64,000 bases of DNA from Octopus vulgaris (Eukaryota), in assembly GCA_951406725.2 (NCBI GenBank), contig OX597830.1, positions 56,234,001-56,298,000 of the forward strand. The letters run 5' to 3'. This document shows, one piece after another, positions 12,301-24,919 of this stretch. A program made the position numbers and the translations under genes. The notes beneath the pieces were generated by a model. The model saw nothing but the letters and a program-made list of their open reading frames with translations, was not told the origin of the DNA and ran no database searches. The stretch's first letter is position 1, and each line of letters begins with the position of its first letter.

Positions 12301-15300
12301 CAGTTGAGCCATCATCATCATTATGTAATGTTCATGTTTCGTGCTGGCATGTGTTGGACTGTTTGACAGGAACCAACAAGTCCAAACCATCATGCTCCAA
12401 TATTTGCTTTGGCATGGTTTCTATGGCTGGATGCCCTTCCTAATGCCAACCACTTTACAGAGTGTACTGAGTGCTTTTATGCAGTACCAACATGGGTGCT
12501 TTTTACATAGCACCAGCACCCATGAGCCTACAAGGTTAGGAATGCTCAGCTTGAGAGGATACATAGCCAAAGATAAACCTCTGTACTTGGCTTTTGTTGA
12601 TTTGGAGAAAGCCTTTGACTGGGTTCCCTGATTCCTTCTCTGGTGGTCAATGCAGAAACTAGGGATAGGCAAGTGGTTGGTACAAGCCATGTACAAGGAT
12701 GATACCAGTAAGGTGAGGATTGGCAATGAATACAGCAAAGAATTCAGGGTACAAGTAAGGGTTCACCAAAGATCACAGACAATAACAGTGAAATTGAAGA
12801 CAGGCTGCCCCTGGGAGCTCCTTTATGCTGATGACCTTACTCTTATAGCTGAATAACTACCTGAACTAGAGAAGAAATTCCAGGTATAGAAGCAAAGTCT
12901 AGAATTAAAGGGGCTTAGAGTTAACCTAGCAAAAATCATAGTAAATAGGAAGGCAGACAAATCACAAATCCCTTCAGGTAGATGACCCTGCTCAATCAGT
13001 AGAAAAGGTGTAAGTAGAAACTCCATAAGATGTACCCAGTGTAAGCTTTGCACACATAAGAGGTGCAGCAATATCAGAGCAAGGTTAATATGGAATATTG
13101 CTTTTGTGTGTGAAAGGTGCACAGGTACAATAAGCACTGAAAATGTACAGAAAATAGACTCCATCAGCTGCCAGCAGGGATTAGCTAGAGGTAGTAGATG
13201 GCTTCTGTTATCTACAAGTCAGTTTCAGAGATGGATGCTCTGAGAGCGTAGCTGTGAGAATAAGATTAGGCTAGGCAAAGTTCAGAGAATTCCTATCTAT
13301 GCTGGAAACAAAGGGCCTCTCTCTGAGTGAAAAACAGATTATATGATGCCTGTGTGCGAACAGCTATGCTGCATGGCAGTGAAATATGGGCTGTGAGAGC
13401 TGAGGATATGTGTAAGCTGAAAGGAATGAAGCCAGTATGCTTTGCTGGATGTGCAATGTCAGTGTGCATGTTTGACAGAGTGTAAGCATCTTGAGAGAAA
13501 AGTTGGGCATAAGATGCATCAGATGTGGTGTGCAAGAGAGACGACTGTGCTGGTATGGTCATGTGATGCATATGGACGAGGAAAGCTGTGTAAAGAAGTG
13601 CCGATCTCTGACTATGGAGGGAACCTGTGGTAGAGGTAGATCCAGGAATTGTGTCAGGTTGAGGGGTAAGCCAATGAATCATGAGCTGGGCAAGGTTGGT
13701 CTGGAAGAAGGAGCTGTGGCTGTGGTTTGTGAAGACCCATCAAACCATGTGAAATAGTAGTCATGGTTGATGCTGGTATCATGTAACTGGCACCCATGTT
13801 GGTGGCATGTAAAAAGCACTTTTGAGCAGTGGGCTTCATGGAGGCAAAGTGGCTGAGCTCCTTTCGAGTGTTGAGCCTCACAGAGGCAATGACCAAGACC
13901 TTTGGCATTATGTCATGCTTGAGAAGAAGACCCATCAAGCCAAGTAAAATCGCAGTTATGGCAGGTACTGGTGTCACACAAATGGCACCCATGCTAGGGG
14001 CACATAAAAGCACCCACTACACTTTCAGAGTGGTTGGCATTAGGAAAGGCATCTGGCCATGAGCCTACAAGGTTAGGAATGCTTCCAGCTTGCCAGCCCT
14101 GGTAAAACTGTCCAACCCATGCCAGCTGTGTACTTGGTGCTTAAATTTGATGGAGAAGTTTAGCTTAATGATAAAGTACTCGGCCAGTCTCTGAGAGATG
14201 CAGGTTTCAGTCCCATGGTTGTTTGTTGACAACATTTCATCTTATAAGGGTAATAATACCCAATTTTTCAGCTGCTTTCATAGCAATACTGCATTTGAAA
14301 TATTAGTTTCTTGTCTGTATAATACTGTGAATATGAACCCCTTACGCCTATTATGAAATAGGTATTTGAGTCTATATCAGCACTGTATCTCTTTACAGAT
14401 GTTTGGTCCAACATCTCAACATTATCGGCGCCTTCTCCAAATGGATCAGCTTTCAGCCATTCTATACATTCCAATGACACTCGCTTCTCTGCTCTGGGTA
14501 AAAGTGATTCTCGTTGCACAGGTGATGGCAGGGATGGAGACACTTCTATGTCTTCGGTAGAGAGGTAAGCAAGCATTTTATTATTTTTATGTGTTAGTTA
14601 GTTAGAAGAATGGGAGTGCTCTGACCCTTTTCAGGGTCTGTACGATTTGTTGGAAGAGGATAGCCTTCAACCAGAAACTTGGCCTGGATTTTTGCAACAG
14701 AGTAGTGTTTTAAAACATCCACAATGTAAAAAAAAATGGTAATAAAGGTATTTGTCTGTACAAATTTGGAGGAAATAAATTTATTCATTCTTTAATATTT
14801 CAGTTTTTATCAAAGACTGAATAATGAGCTGAACATTTTGAAGAGAGAAATAAATTGTATGAGGGGAGGCCAAAAAGTTCCTGGCTTTAAGGGTGTTGTG
14901 TAAAGTCTGGTTGGAGGCCCAACCTTCCAAATTCTTTTACTGGGCATAGAAAAATTGAAGGACCACTGTAATAAGTGGTGATCTGAGAGGGGAATATGTT
15001 GAATAGAATCATAATTAACTGATCCTCCTGTATTTTCTTTTACCCAAAACCAGGAACTTTTCAGCACCCCCTTGTAAGTAACTGCAAAATCTTTATGGAA
15101 TGTTTAGAGACACAATGTTGTAGTTCCTGAGGTTAGTCCTAGTAGAGAGGACCTACCTATTACCTAAGCTGTTTCAGAATGGGATCAGTTCTGATAGAAG
15201 GGATCTAAGAAGAAAGCTATTCCAAACTGTGGTTAATCATGATAGAAAGGATCTGTGGTCAAAGGTGTTCCAGAATGGGGTCATTGGACTGGCCATGCTG

Positions 15301-18300
15301 GGACGCTGTTTTGAAGGTTTTTAGTCAAACAAATTGACTTCAGTATTCATGTTTTTTTAAAAGTTTGGTATTTATTCTCTTGATGGCTTTTGTCAAACCT
15401 CTAAGTTATAAGGATGTAAAGAAGCCAATGTGGTTGTCAAATGGTGGAAGGGAAGAGTAACACAGATACAAAGATAAACACACACACACACATACAATAA
15501 AATTATAAGAATAGATGATAGTTCAATTTGTGTTACAGTAGCAAGGCATTTTATTGATTACACATGCATTATGTTATAGGAAAATGCTTTCCACATCTAG
15601 GTATCAGACTATCAAGACAACAGAGATTGATCTCTAAGATGAAATACAGAGGTTGACCAGAACTTAGTCCTCAGCTTCTTTTTGTTTATTATAGTCCTCC
15701 AATTGGTTGTTCATAGGAAATCTTAAGTGTTGATAATCTGGTTCTTAATATTGAAATTTCAGATACAGAAGCAAAACCTGGAATCAAGAGATCTAAAAGC
15801 AAACTTAGCAAAGATTGAAGTTTTAGTGAAAAGGAGTTGCATATCAGAGAATTGGTCACATGTAATATGCAGAATAGGAGTTTCCATAAATTCCATATAG
15901 TGTATCAGTGTACACTATAGATGTATAAGAAGTGGGGTGGGCTCACAGGCATCGGTAGCAATAGTAGATTGAAGGAGACTATATGTGTGTCAGACAGTCT
16001 GTGCTTGTTCTCTTATATGAGATTAGTGTGTTGATTGGTTAACATCTATTTCTTTACTACCCACAAGGGCTAAACACAGAGAGGACAGACAAACAGATTA
16101 AGTCGATTATATCGACCCCAGTGCGTAACTGGTACTTAATTTATCCACCCCGAAAGGATGAAAGGCAAAGTCGACCTCGGTGGAATTTGAACTCAGAAGG
16201 TAACGGCAGACAAAATACAGCTACGCATTTCGCATGGCGTGCTAACATTTCTGCCAGCTCGTCGTTGATTGGTTAACATCACCACATGGCTTTGGGGGCT
16301 TTAAGCAGAGTCCACTCTTGTTTGCAAGCATTCATTCCAGGTTGTCAGTGTAAGGACAGATTTGATATATTAAATTGTCACTTCCTACAGGAACAACTTG
16401 GTGTGTTGTGGTGGCTTTTTTCTCCCTGTCGTTTCACCACCAGTTTCAGAATCCCTCCAAGGGGTCGTGGATGTTGTTGCTTATTCATTTGATTTTGTCA
16501 TTTAGAACCCCTCTCCCAAACATTGAAGTAAATTTCCCATTTTAAAAGTCATTTCTTTCTTTGTTTTTCCTTGTGATCCATGCAGGTTATCTTCTCAAAT
16601 GATCTTAGATGCCTCCTTACAGGCAACAGATGAGCTAGAAGTGGAAAATGTACAGACACTACAGCAGGAGCAGATCACGTTACCAGTTTATTGTCTTGAC
16701 TTAATCTTCACTAGCCTTAGCTTACTCAAAAAGTCTTCCCAGTTGTCGGATGTGTCAGCTCTTGTGCAGTTGTTGCCAAACACGGTGGAACTTCTCTCTG
16801 AAAGTATTACTGTTGAGATTTGGAGCAACCAAAGTGAAGCTGCAAGGAAAATTGTAAGTGATTCAGTCAATGTTATTCCCCTCTCTATCAAACATAGAAT
16901 ATTCTCTATAATTTTAAGTAGTCTGTGTCTGCAAACCTCTTTCTTTTACCTTTTATGTGGTTTAATCATTGCTCTCCTGCCATGGTGGGGCACTGTCTTG
17001 AGAGATTTTACTTGAACAAATCCACCACAGTGCTTCATCATCATCGTTTAACGTCCGTTTTCCATGCTAGCATGGGTTGGATGGTTCGACCGGGGTCTGG
17101 AAAGCCAGGAGGCTGCATCAGGCCCAGTCTGATCTGGCAGCGTTTCTACAGCTGGATGCCCTTCCTAACACCAACCACTCCGTGAGTATAGTGGGTGCTA
17201 TTTATGTGCCAGGCGAGGCTGGCAACGGCCACGATTGGTTGGTGCTTTTTACGTGATGCCAGTCGAGGCAGTGCTGGCAACGGCCACGTTCAGATGGTTC
17301 TTTTACATGCCACCGGCACTGATGTCACAAATGCAATTTCCATTGATTTTTGATCAATTTCGATTTCACTTGCCTCAACAGGTCTTCACAAGCAGAGTTT
17401 TGTGTCCCAAGAAGGAAAGGTATGCATAAGTGGACTGGTTACATCCCAGTTAAAGGCCACGGGTTATGGTATCACTTGTCCTGCCGGGTCTTCTCATGCA
17501 CAGCATCTTATTTGATACTTATTCTTCTATTCATCCTTTTTGCTCTACCACTAAGTTACAGTTATGTAAACCAACCAGCCTGTTGTCAAATCATGGAGAG
17601 GGACAAACACAAGGACTCACACACACACACTCATATATATATATGTGTGTGTGTGTGTACATACATACATACATACTTACACACATATATATTGGGCTTC
17701 CGTACAGTTTTCATCTACCAAGTTCATTCATAAGGCATTGGTCTGCTTGGAGCAGTATAATATAGTTGGCCAAGGTGCTACATAGTGGATGGAACTGGAC
17801 CTAAAACTATGTAGTTGGAAAGTGAGCTGCTCAACCACACAACCGTGCCTGTACCTATATATTTTTTGTTTATTCTGTGATGATAGTGTGTGTTATCATC
17901 ATGTTTTTAATGTCCCCTTGTCCATGTTCGCATGTGTTAGACATTGCAACAGCAATCCCACATATTAAGGCAAAGAATTTTTGTTCTTATTGTTTGTTTA
18001 CTGTTCATCATCATCATCATCATCGTTTAACGTCCGCTTTCCATGCTAGCATGGGTTGGACGGTTCAACTGGGGTCTGGCAAGCTCGAAGGCTGCACCAG
18101 GCCAGTCAGATCTGGCAGTGTTTCTACAGCTGGATGCCCTTCCTAACGCCAACCACTCCGAGAGTGTAGTGGGTGATTTTATGTGCCACCGACACAGGTG
18201 CCAGACGAGGCTGGCAGACGGCCATGCTCGGATGGTGTTTTTATGTGCCACCGACACAGGTGTCAGACGAGGCTGGCAGACGGCCACGCTCGGATGGTGT

Positions 18301-21300
18301 TTTCTTATGTGCTACCGACACAGGTGCCAGACGAGGCTGGCGAACGGCCACGCTCGGATGTTGTTTGTTACGTGCCCACAGCACGGAGGCCAGTCGATGC
18401 GGTACTGGCTACGGTCACGTTCGGATGGCTTTCTTATGTGCTACCCACAAGGATACAAATTCCATTGATGTTCATCTATTTTTATTTGGTTTGATTTGAT
18501 TTGATTTTGATTTCAGGTGAATAAACTAAAGGACTGTATAGAGTTAATATGTGAACTTCTGCAGCAGCATCACCATAGAAACCAACTCTTTGAAAATCGT
18601 AAAACCTCGCAGGAACTCATTGTGAAATCCAGGCAGATATTTATTGCTCTCAGCTGTTTTCTGGTTTCTTTCCTGGAGCAGTTAGTTACTGTAGAGAAGG
18701 TGAGTATTTTATACATTTTGGTTCCCATTGTTTTATAACCAGATGCTCTCTTGTCGCTAACTCTTACCTGTTTTACAAGTAAGGGATTTCTTATTCCACA
18801 TCATACCTTCGTGCCAAGACAGTGGATGAGTTGTTGATGGGAAATAAAAACTTCACCACTTGCATTTCAGCAATTTTATCAGAGTAGTGCAAATGTAAAC
18901 AGTTTCATACATACACACCTTCATTCCAAAGTTTCTCCATATGAGATTCTTTAAATGAAAAGATGCACACACTTTGGTGTATGCATTGACAATTCAACCG
19001 ATACATCAACTCAATTACAAATTTACAAACATTGGGAACTTTCTTAACTCAAAAAGTCTTGTTGCTTTGTTTGCAGCCAACCTGAACTCTCATAAGGACT
19101 TAAATAAAACTCAAAGTAAAAGCATAATAAATACATACTTACAAAGGACTTTGTATGTGTAACTTTCACCAATATATATACTCTCTTTACTCATTTACTT
19201 GTTTCAGTCATTTGACTGTGGCCATGCTGGAGTACCGCCTTTTAGTCGATCAAATCGACCCCAGGACTTATTCTATGTAAGCCTAGTACTTATTCTATCA
19301 GTCACTCTTGCCGAACCGCTAAGTTACGGGGACGTAAACACACCAGCATCAGTTGTCAGTTGTTATATGCATACTCACAGTTGAATTGGTTTTTGTTATT
19401 CTTGTTCTAGTTGTTTATCTCTGTTTTTTTTCTTTTCTCCCTAAAATACTGTTTTATGAACAATTTCTATAATTACCAATGTTTCAGATCCAGTCTTCGA
19501 TGCCGGAAATATTACCCACTGCCATAGAACTTGTAGCCTTTGATGAATGTGTGTCACAGATGTGGCCTGATCTGCATGCTGCTATTTTGGGTTACTTATA
19601 TCAATTAGCCCACGAAAAATACTGTCTTTACACACACACGGCAAGAGTTTGCACTTCTTTACAACGTACTTGCTGTTTTCTTGCAAAAGTTAGCCAAGTG
19701 GTAAGCATTTCATTGTTGTAGATCACTCTCTCTTCTATCTTAGCTCTCCATTAACAGAGTGGTTGAAAGTTAAATGTACTCCAGGATAGGATGTCAGTCA
19801 TTCAATGGTAGCAGTCCCTGATAATTTAATATGTTCTTTTTTGGATATTAGATGACTGTATGTAATTTTGAATAAATTGTTGTACTCAAAAATACAGTTA
19901 AATGCCATTGAGAGAGCTTAACATGGGTTAGAGGACTGGTACTTTGTCAGTTATGATGACAAGGGTTCCAGTTGATCAGATCTATGGAACAGTCTGCTCA
20001 TGAAATTAAGGTGCATGGGGTTGAGCACTCCACAGATATGCGTACCCATAACATTAGTTCTTGGGAAGATTCAGCATGATACTGAATGTCACAAAGCTGG
20101 TTCTTCCAAATTCTGGCGCAACTCAGTTTTGCCATCTGAAATAAAGTGTTTTGCTCAGGAACGCAACATGCTGCCAAGAATCAAACTCATGACCTTACAA
20201 TCGTGAGCTGAATACCCTAAGCATTAAGCCATGTGCCTTCACTTATGGGTTAGATGAACATATTATCAAAGCATTGTTTTATAGCTGGATGCTCTTCCTG
20301 TTTCTAACCCTTACCTGTTTTCATCTTCAAAGGCACAAATCCAGCAGATAATTTCTTGACAAGGAAAATAACAATAACATCATGATTTGTGGCTCAGTGA
20401 TTTTTAAGGAAGTTCAAATATAAACAAGCATGCAGACACATACGCATACACACATACGTACATACACAGGCTTCTTTCAGTTGTCATTTAACAAATCCAC
20501 TCGTAAGTCTTTGATTAGCCCAAGGGCTATGGTAGAAGACATTTGCACAAGGTTCCATGTAGCAGAACTGAACCAAAAACCATGTGGCTGGGAAGCAGAT
20601 TTCTTAACCACAGAGCCATGCTTGTTCCTTTCTTACTAACACTATTGGTATTATAACTAATGTGTTAAACTTTAAACAAGTTATGCCATTCTATATAAAT
20701 GTTAGTATATCTGACCCCAGTTTGTATTATGAATATTAAAATGATAAACCTTAGTCAAGACATACAACTCAACCAAATATATACATCAACATTTCTCACC
20801 TCAATTATCTGTTATAAAATGCTAAAAATCTATCAAAAAAATTATTTCTGTTTTGCCATATTTTCATGTATTTCTACCAAATATATCAACTAAACTGTAC
20901 TTCTCTTTCAGGACGATGATTCTACAGAATTACTTGACCTAGCCAGCAGCTGTTTACTTGGAATCCCTTACCATATACACGTGCAATTTATTCACAGACT
21001 CATTGACTTTTGCTCGCAATAGTGAGATTTGGGTGTTTCTCCTTTCATTCACGTTGTTATTACTTCACTTGCCTATTGTGTGTGTGTGTGTATACACATA
21101 CATGCATATATATATATAGTTAATAAAAGAAAATGGAAAAGAAAGAATATAGTGGATACTTGGTTAAATTTATTAGTATCACAATGAAAATGTAATACAT
21201 ATAAGATTGAGGATATAAGGGGTGCTGATCAACAAAAGAAATAACCAAAGAAGTAACCAAAAAAATCCTACATATGTTTCAATTTGGTTTTACGTATGAA

Positions 21301-21638
21301 TCATCAGCATTGAAGCTATTTTAGATGTAAAACAAAACACATTTAGTCGGATATCTTCTGGGATAGGTGTGTCCTTTCAGGTAATTAATAAGAAAAATTT
21401 TTGTATTGTTCAATAAGGTCTCCTTATATCATGAATCTTATATGTATTACTCATAAATTTAACAAAGTATCCACTATGTTTTTTCTTCTCCATCTTCTTT
21501 TATTAACTTTACACAATTTTTAACAGTTTATATATATATATGTGGAAAATTTCTTTCAATATATTTGAAAACACAAGTTGGTATCTGGATTATTTTAAAT
21601 AATCCATTACAAGGAAATTAAATCCTCACTACTTGAAT

Positions 21639-21669
<31 letters not shown>

Positions 21670-23044
21670 TATGAGGGAATATTATTCCAAACTTACAAGG
21701 AAAAATTCAATTTAGAAATACTAAATCAAATTTCACAAAATATAATATATATATATATATAAATTAGAAAAAAACCAACTTTTAATAATTCAATGATGAA
21801 AAATTAAATTATACCATTTAGAAAAAATACCTATTATAGAAAGATTAAATATAAAATAAAACATATAACGATGATTAAGTAATGTGCAAAATTATAAATA
21901 AAACGTATATATTTTCTAAATGGTATAATTTAATTTTTCTTTATTGAATTGATAAAAGGTGTTTTTTTCATATATATATATATATATATACACATACACA
22001 CACGTATATATATATATACATGCATACACACACACACACACATGTACATACATGTATATATATATAAATGTATATTACTTAAAAAACAATTTAACAACCA
22101 TTATTTATGCCTTGTCTTGTATGTATATGAGTATGTATATATTTATAAACATTACTATTATCACATACTTAATATATGTATATTGTTTAAATGTCAGAAG
22201 CTGTAGTTTTTTTTTTGTTCAAGGAAATTCCTTTTAAAGTTGCATAATGCTAAAAAACACAATATACTTTGAAATAAAATCACTCCAGAAGTGATCACAA
22301 GAGCAGAAGATACGATATTTCACCATATTTGTGGCTTATCAGTGCTGCATTCTCACCTCAATTCTGAATGAATTGTGAGTCCGAAATATACACAGATTGT
22401 GTATAAACTGTTTACTGATTTGCAATGGCATTGAATAAGTCGAATATATTCAAATTATGCACTAGAAACAGCTTCTGTAATGTAAACATTGCTAATATCA
22501 CATACTTGTGTTGTTTAAATGCCAGAAGCTGAAGTGTTTTTGTCTGGGAAAAATCTCTTTAAAAATGTTTGTGTTATTTCGTTTTGGGATTTGGTTTGCA
22601 AGATTCTTTATATGAGTTCATGTGTTGAAGCATATTCTGTTGTGTCTGGGGAGAGTCATTTTCTTTTTGTGCCTTATTATTTAACACACTCACCGGTAAA
22701 ATTTCCACTTTTTTCTTATTTTTATTTTTCTACAATTTTCGTTGCATCTTGCAGCCTTTTCAATAATTTTGACTCTCAAAACTATTGAAAAGGTTGCAAG
22801 ATGCAAAGAAAATTTTAGGAAAGTGTAAAAGAAATAAGTGAAAATTTTACTGGTGAGTGTGTTATATTATAAGGCACAAAAAGAAAATGACTCTCCCCAG
22901 ACACAACAGAATATGTTTGTGTTAAAAAGCACAATATATTTCAGAGTTGGGTCTGTATGTCTGTGTGAGGGACGTCCTGTCTAAAATCTGTCCTTTTGTG
23001 TGTGTGTGTGTGTATTTATATACACACACACGTCTATCTATACT

Positions 23045-23076
<32 letters not shown>

Positions 23077-24873
23077 TATATATACACACACGCACATACA
23101 TACACACACACACTTTGTCCATGGTGATGATGTCCATTTTATAAAATCCAAATTGAGTGAGGGGGAAAAATGGTTGAGAAATAATGAATCAGAATCCCCT
23201 CCCTGCTTGAATGAACCTTGTACAGTGTTAGAGTAATTAAATAATCATCTGTGTTTGTTATTGCATGTTTGTATTTATCTTTATTTTGATATTCAGTTGC
23301 CGAACTTTGGATGTTTGTCGCTTGAAAGAGGAAACACAAGTCTTTGAGATTTTTGTGAAATTACTGGCTCATTCCAAAACACGGGTGAAGGAAATATCAT
23401 ATGAATATACTCTGAAGCTTGTGAAAGTAAGTGTTTGTATATCTTATAGAATGCCTGGCTGTGAAGTGAAGATGATAGTTTACTGGTCACATAGCTTACC
23501 TTAGATCTAATAGCTGTGAAGGTATTGAATGGTCATGTGTTCAAACCTTACCATATAGCTGTGTGGTAAAGGTACTGAACCATGGTTGTGTGTTCAAACC
23601 TTACTATAGACATAATAGTTGTGTGGTAAAGGTACTGAACTACTGACTCCATGGTTGTATGTTCAAACCTTACTATAAATACAATAGCTGTATGTTTAAG
23701 ATTCTAGACTACTAACTCCATAGTTATGTGTTTAGATGTAAACAGTCATTATGTTGTGAATTCTGATATATTTGACTGACAAACAAAAGTAAATTAGTCC
23801 TTAATTCACATTTGAGTAGTTTGTAATAAAGAGGGACATCCAAAGATAAAAACAATTTTTGAAATATTTCTAAATCACAGGTGACAGGTCAGCATCCTTG
23901 ACCTCTTTCTTGGGACATGTGAGATTGATCAGAGGAAGATGACAGACTAAAGTCATGGCCTGAACATTTCTTAACACTGGACCCAGCTAAAGGCACCTAA
24001 GGACCAGAAAAAGCAGGAGGAGGTGGTGGTTGTTGTCTACCATCCAAGATCATGTATTATCTTTCTGACAATATATGATCTTGGATGGTAGACAACCATT
24101 TCTTATTTCTTTATTGCCCGCAAGGGGCTACACACAGAGAGAACAAACAAGGACAGACAAATGGATTAAGTCGATTATATCGACCCCAGTGTGTAACTGA
24201 TACTTATTTAATTGACCCCGAAAGGATGAAAGGCAAAGTTGACCTCGGCAGAATTTGAACTCGGGACATAGCGGCAGACGAAATACCACTAAGCATTTCG
24301 CCTGGCATGCTAACATTTCTGCCAGCTCACCGCCTTGGTAGACAACCATTTCTGGTTGTCCACGTGTCCTTGCTACCTCAATATGCATCTAGCTTCATGC
24401 CCTCACAACCTTGCTATCTCTCGCGCACAGTCAATTTAATGCATTGTATGATGTCATCTCCGAGCAGATTGACTCATGGCATCTGGTATACTGGTTAGAA
24501 TTGTGGGTAAACTTGTACACACTCAGATAATCGATAGACATTTTGCTAAAGAAACATAATTAATCAAAATCTCACTAATTACTGAAACCACAAGATATGT
24601 TTTCTGTTTCATTTTACAGGAATATTTAAATATTAATGAAATTGCAGCTCACACATCATCATCATTACAGTTGGGAATTAAGTTTTTAATTAATCCAATA
24701 GTTCTGCATGAAATTATTTTCTTTGGAATGGCAGACACGGATAAAAAGGTATTTATACCCTTGATTATACGGATTATTTTTGTTTTTTTTCCTTTTCCAT
24801 TATATATCATATACATACACACATATATATGCATGTGTGTGTATGTGCATATATGTATGTGTGTGTATGTATA

Positions 24874-24919
<46 letters not shown>

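Noticed and set aside
23505-23725. Degenerate ~55-60-bp tandem repeats (also ~32440-32800)
   Set aside because: Ordinary eroded minisatellites with no spacer structure or coding signal.
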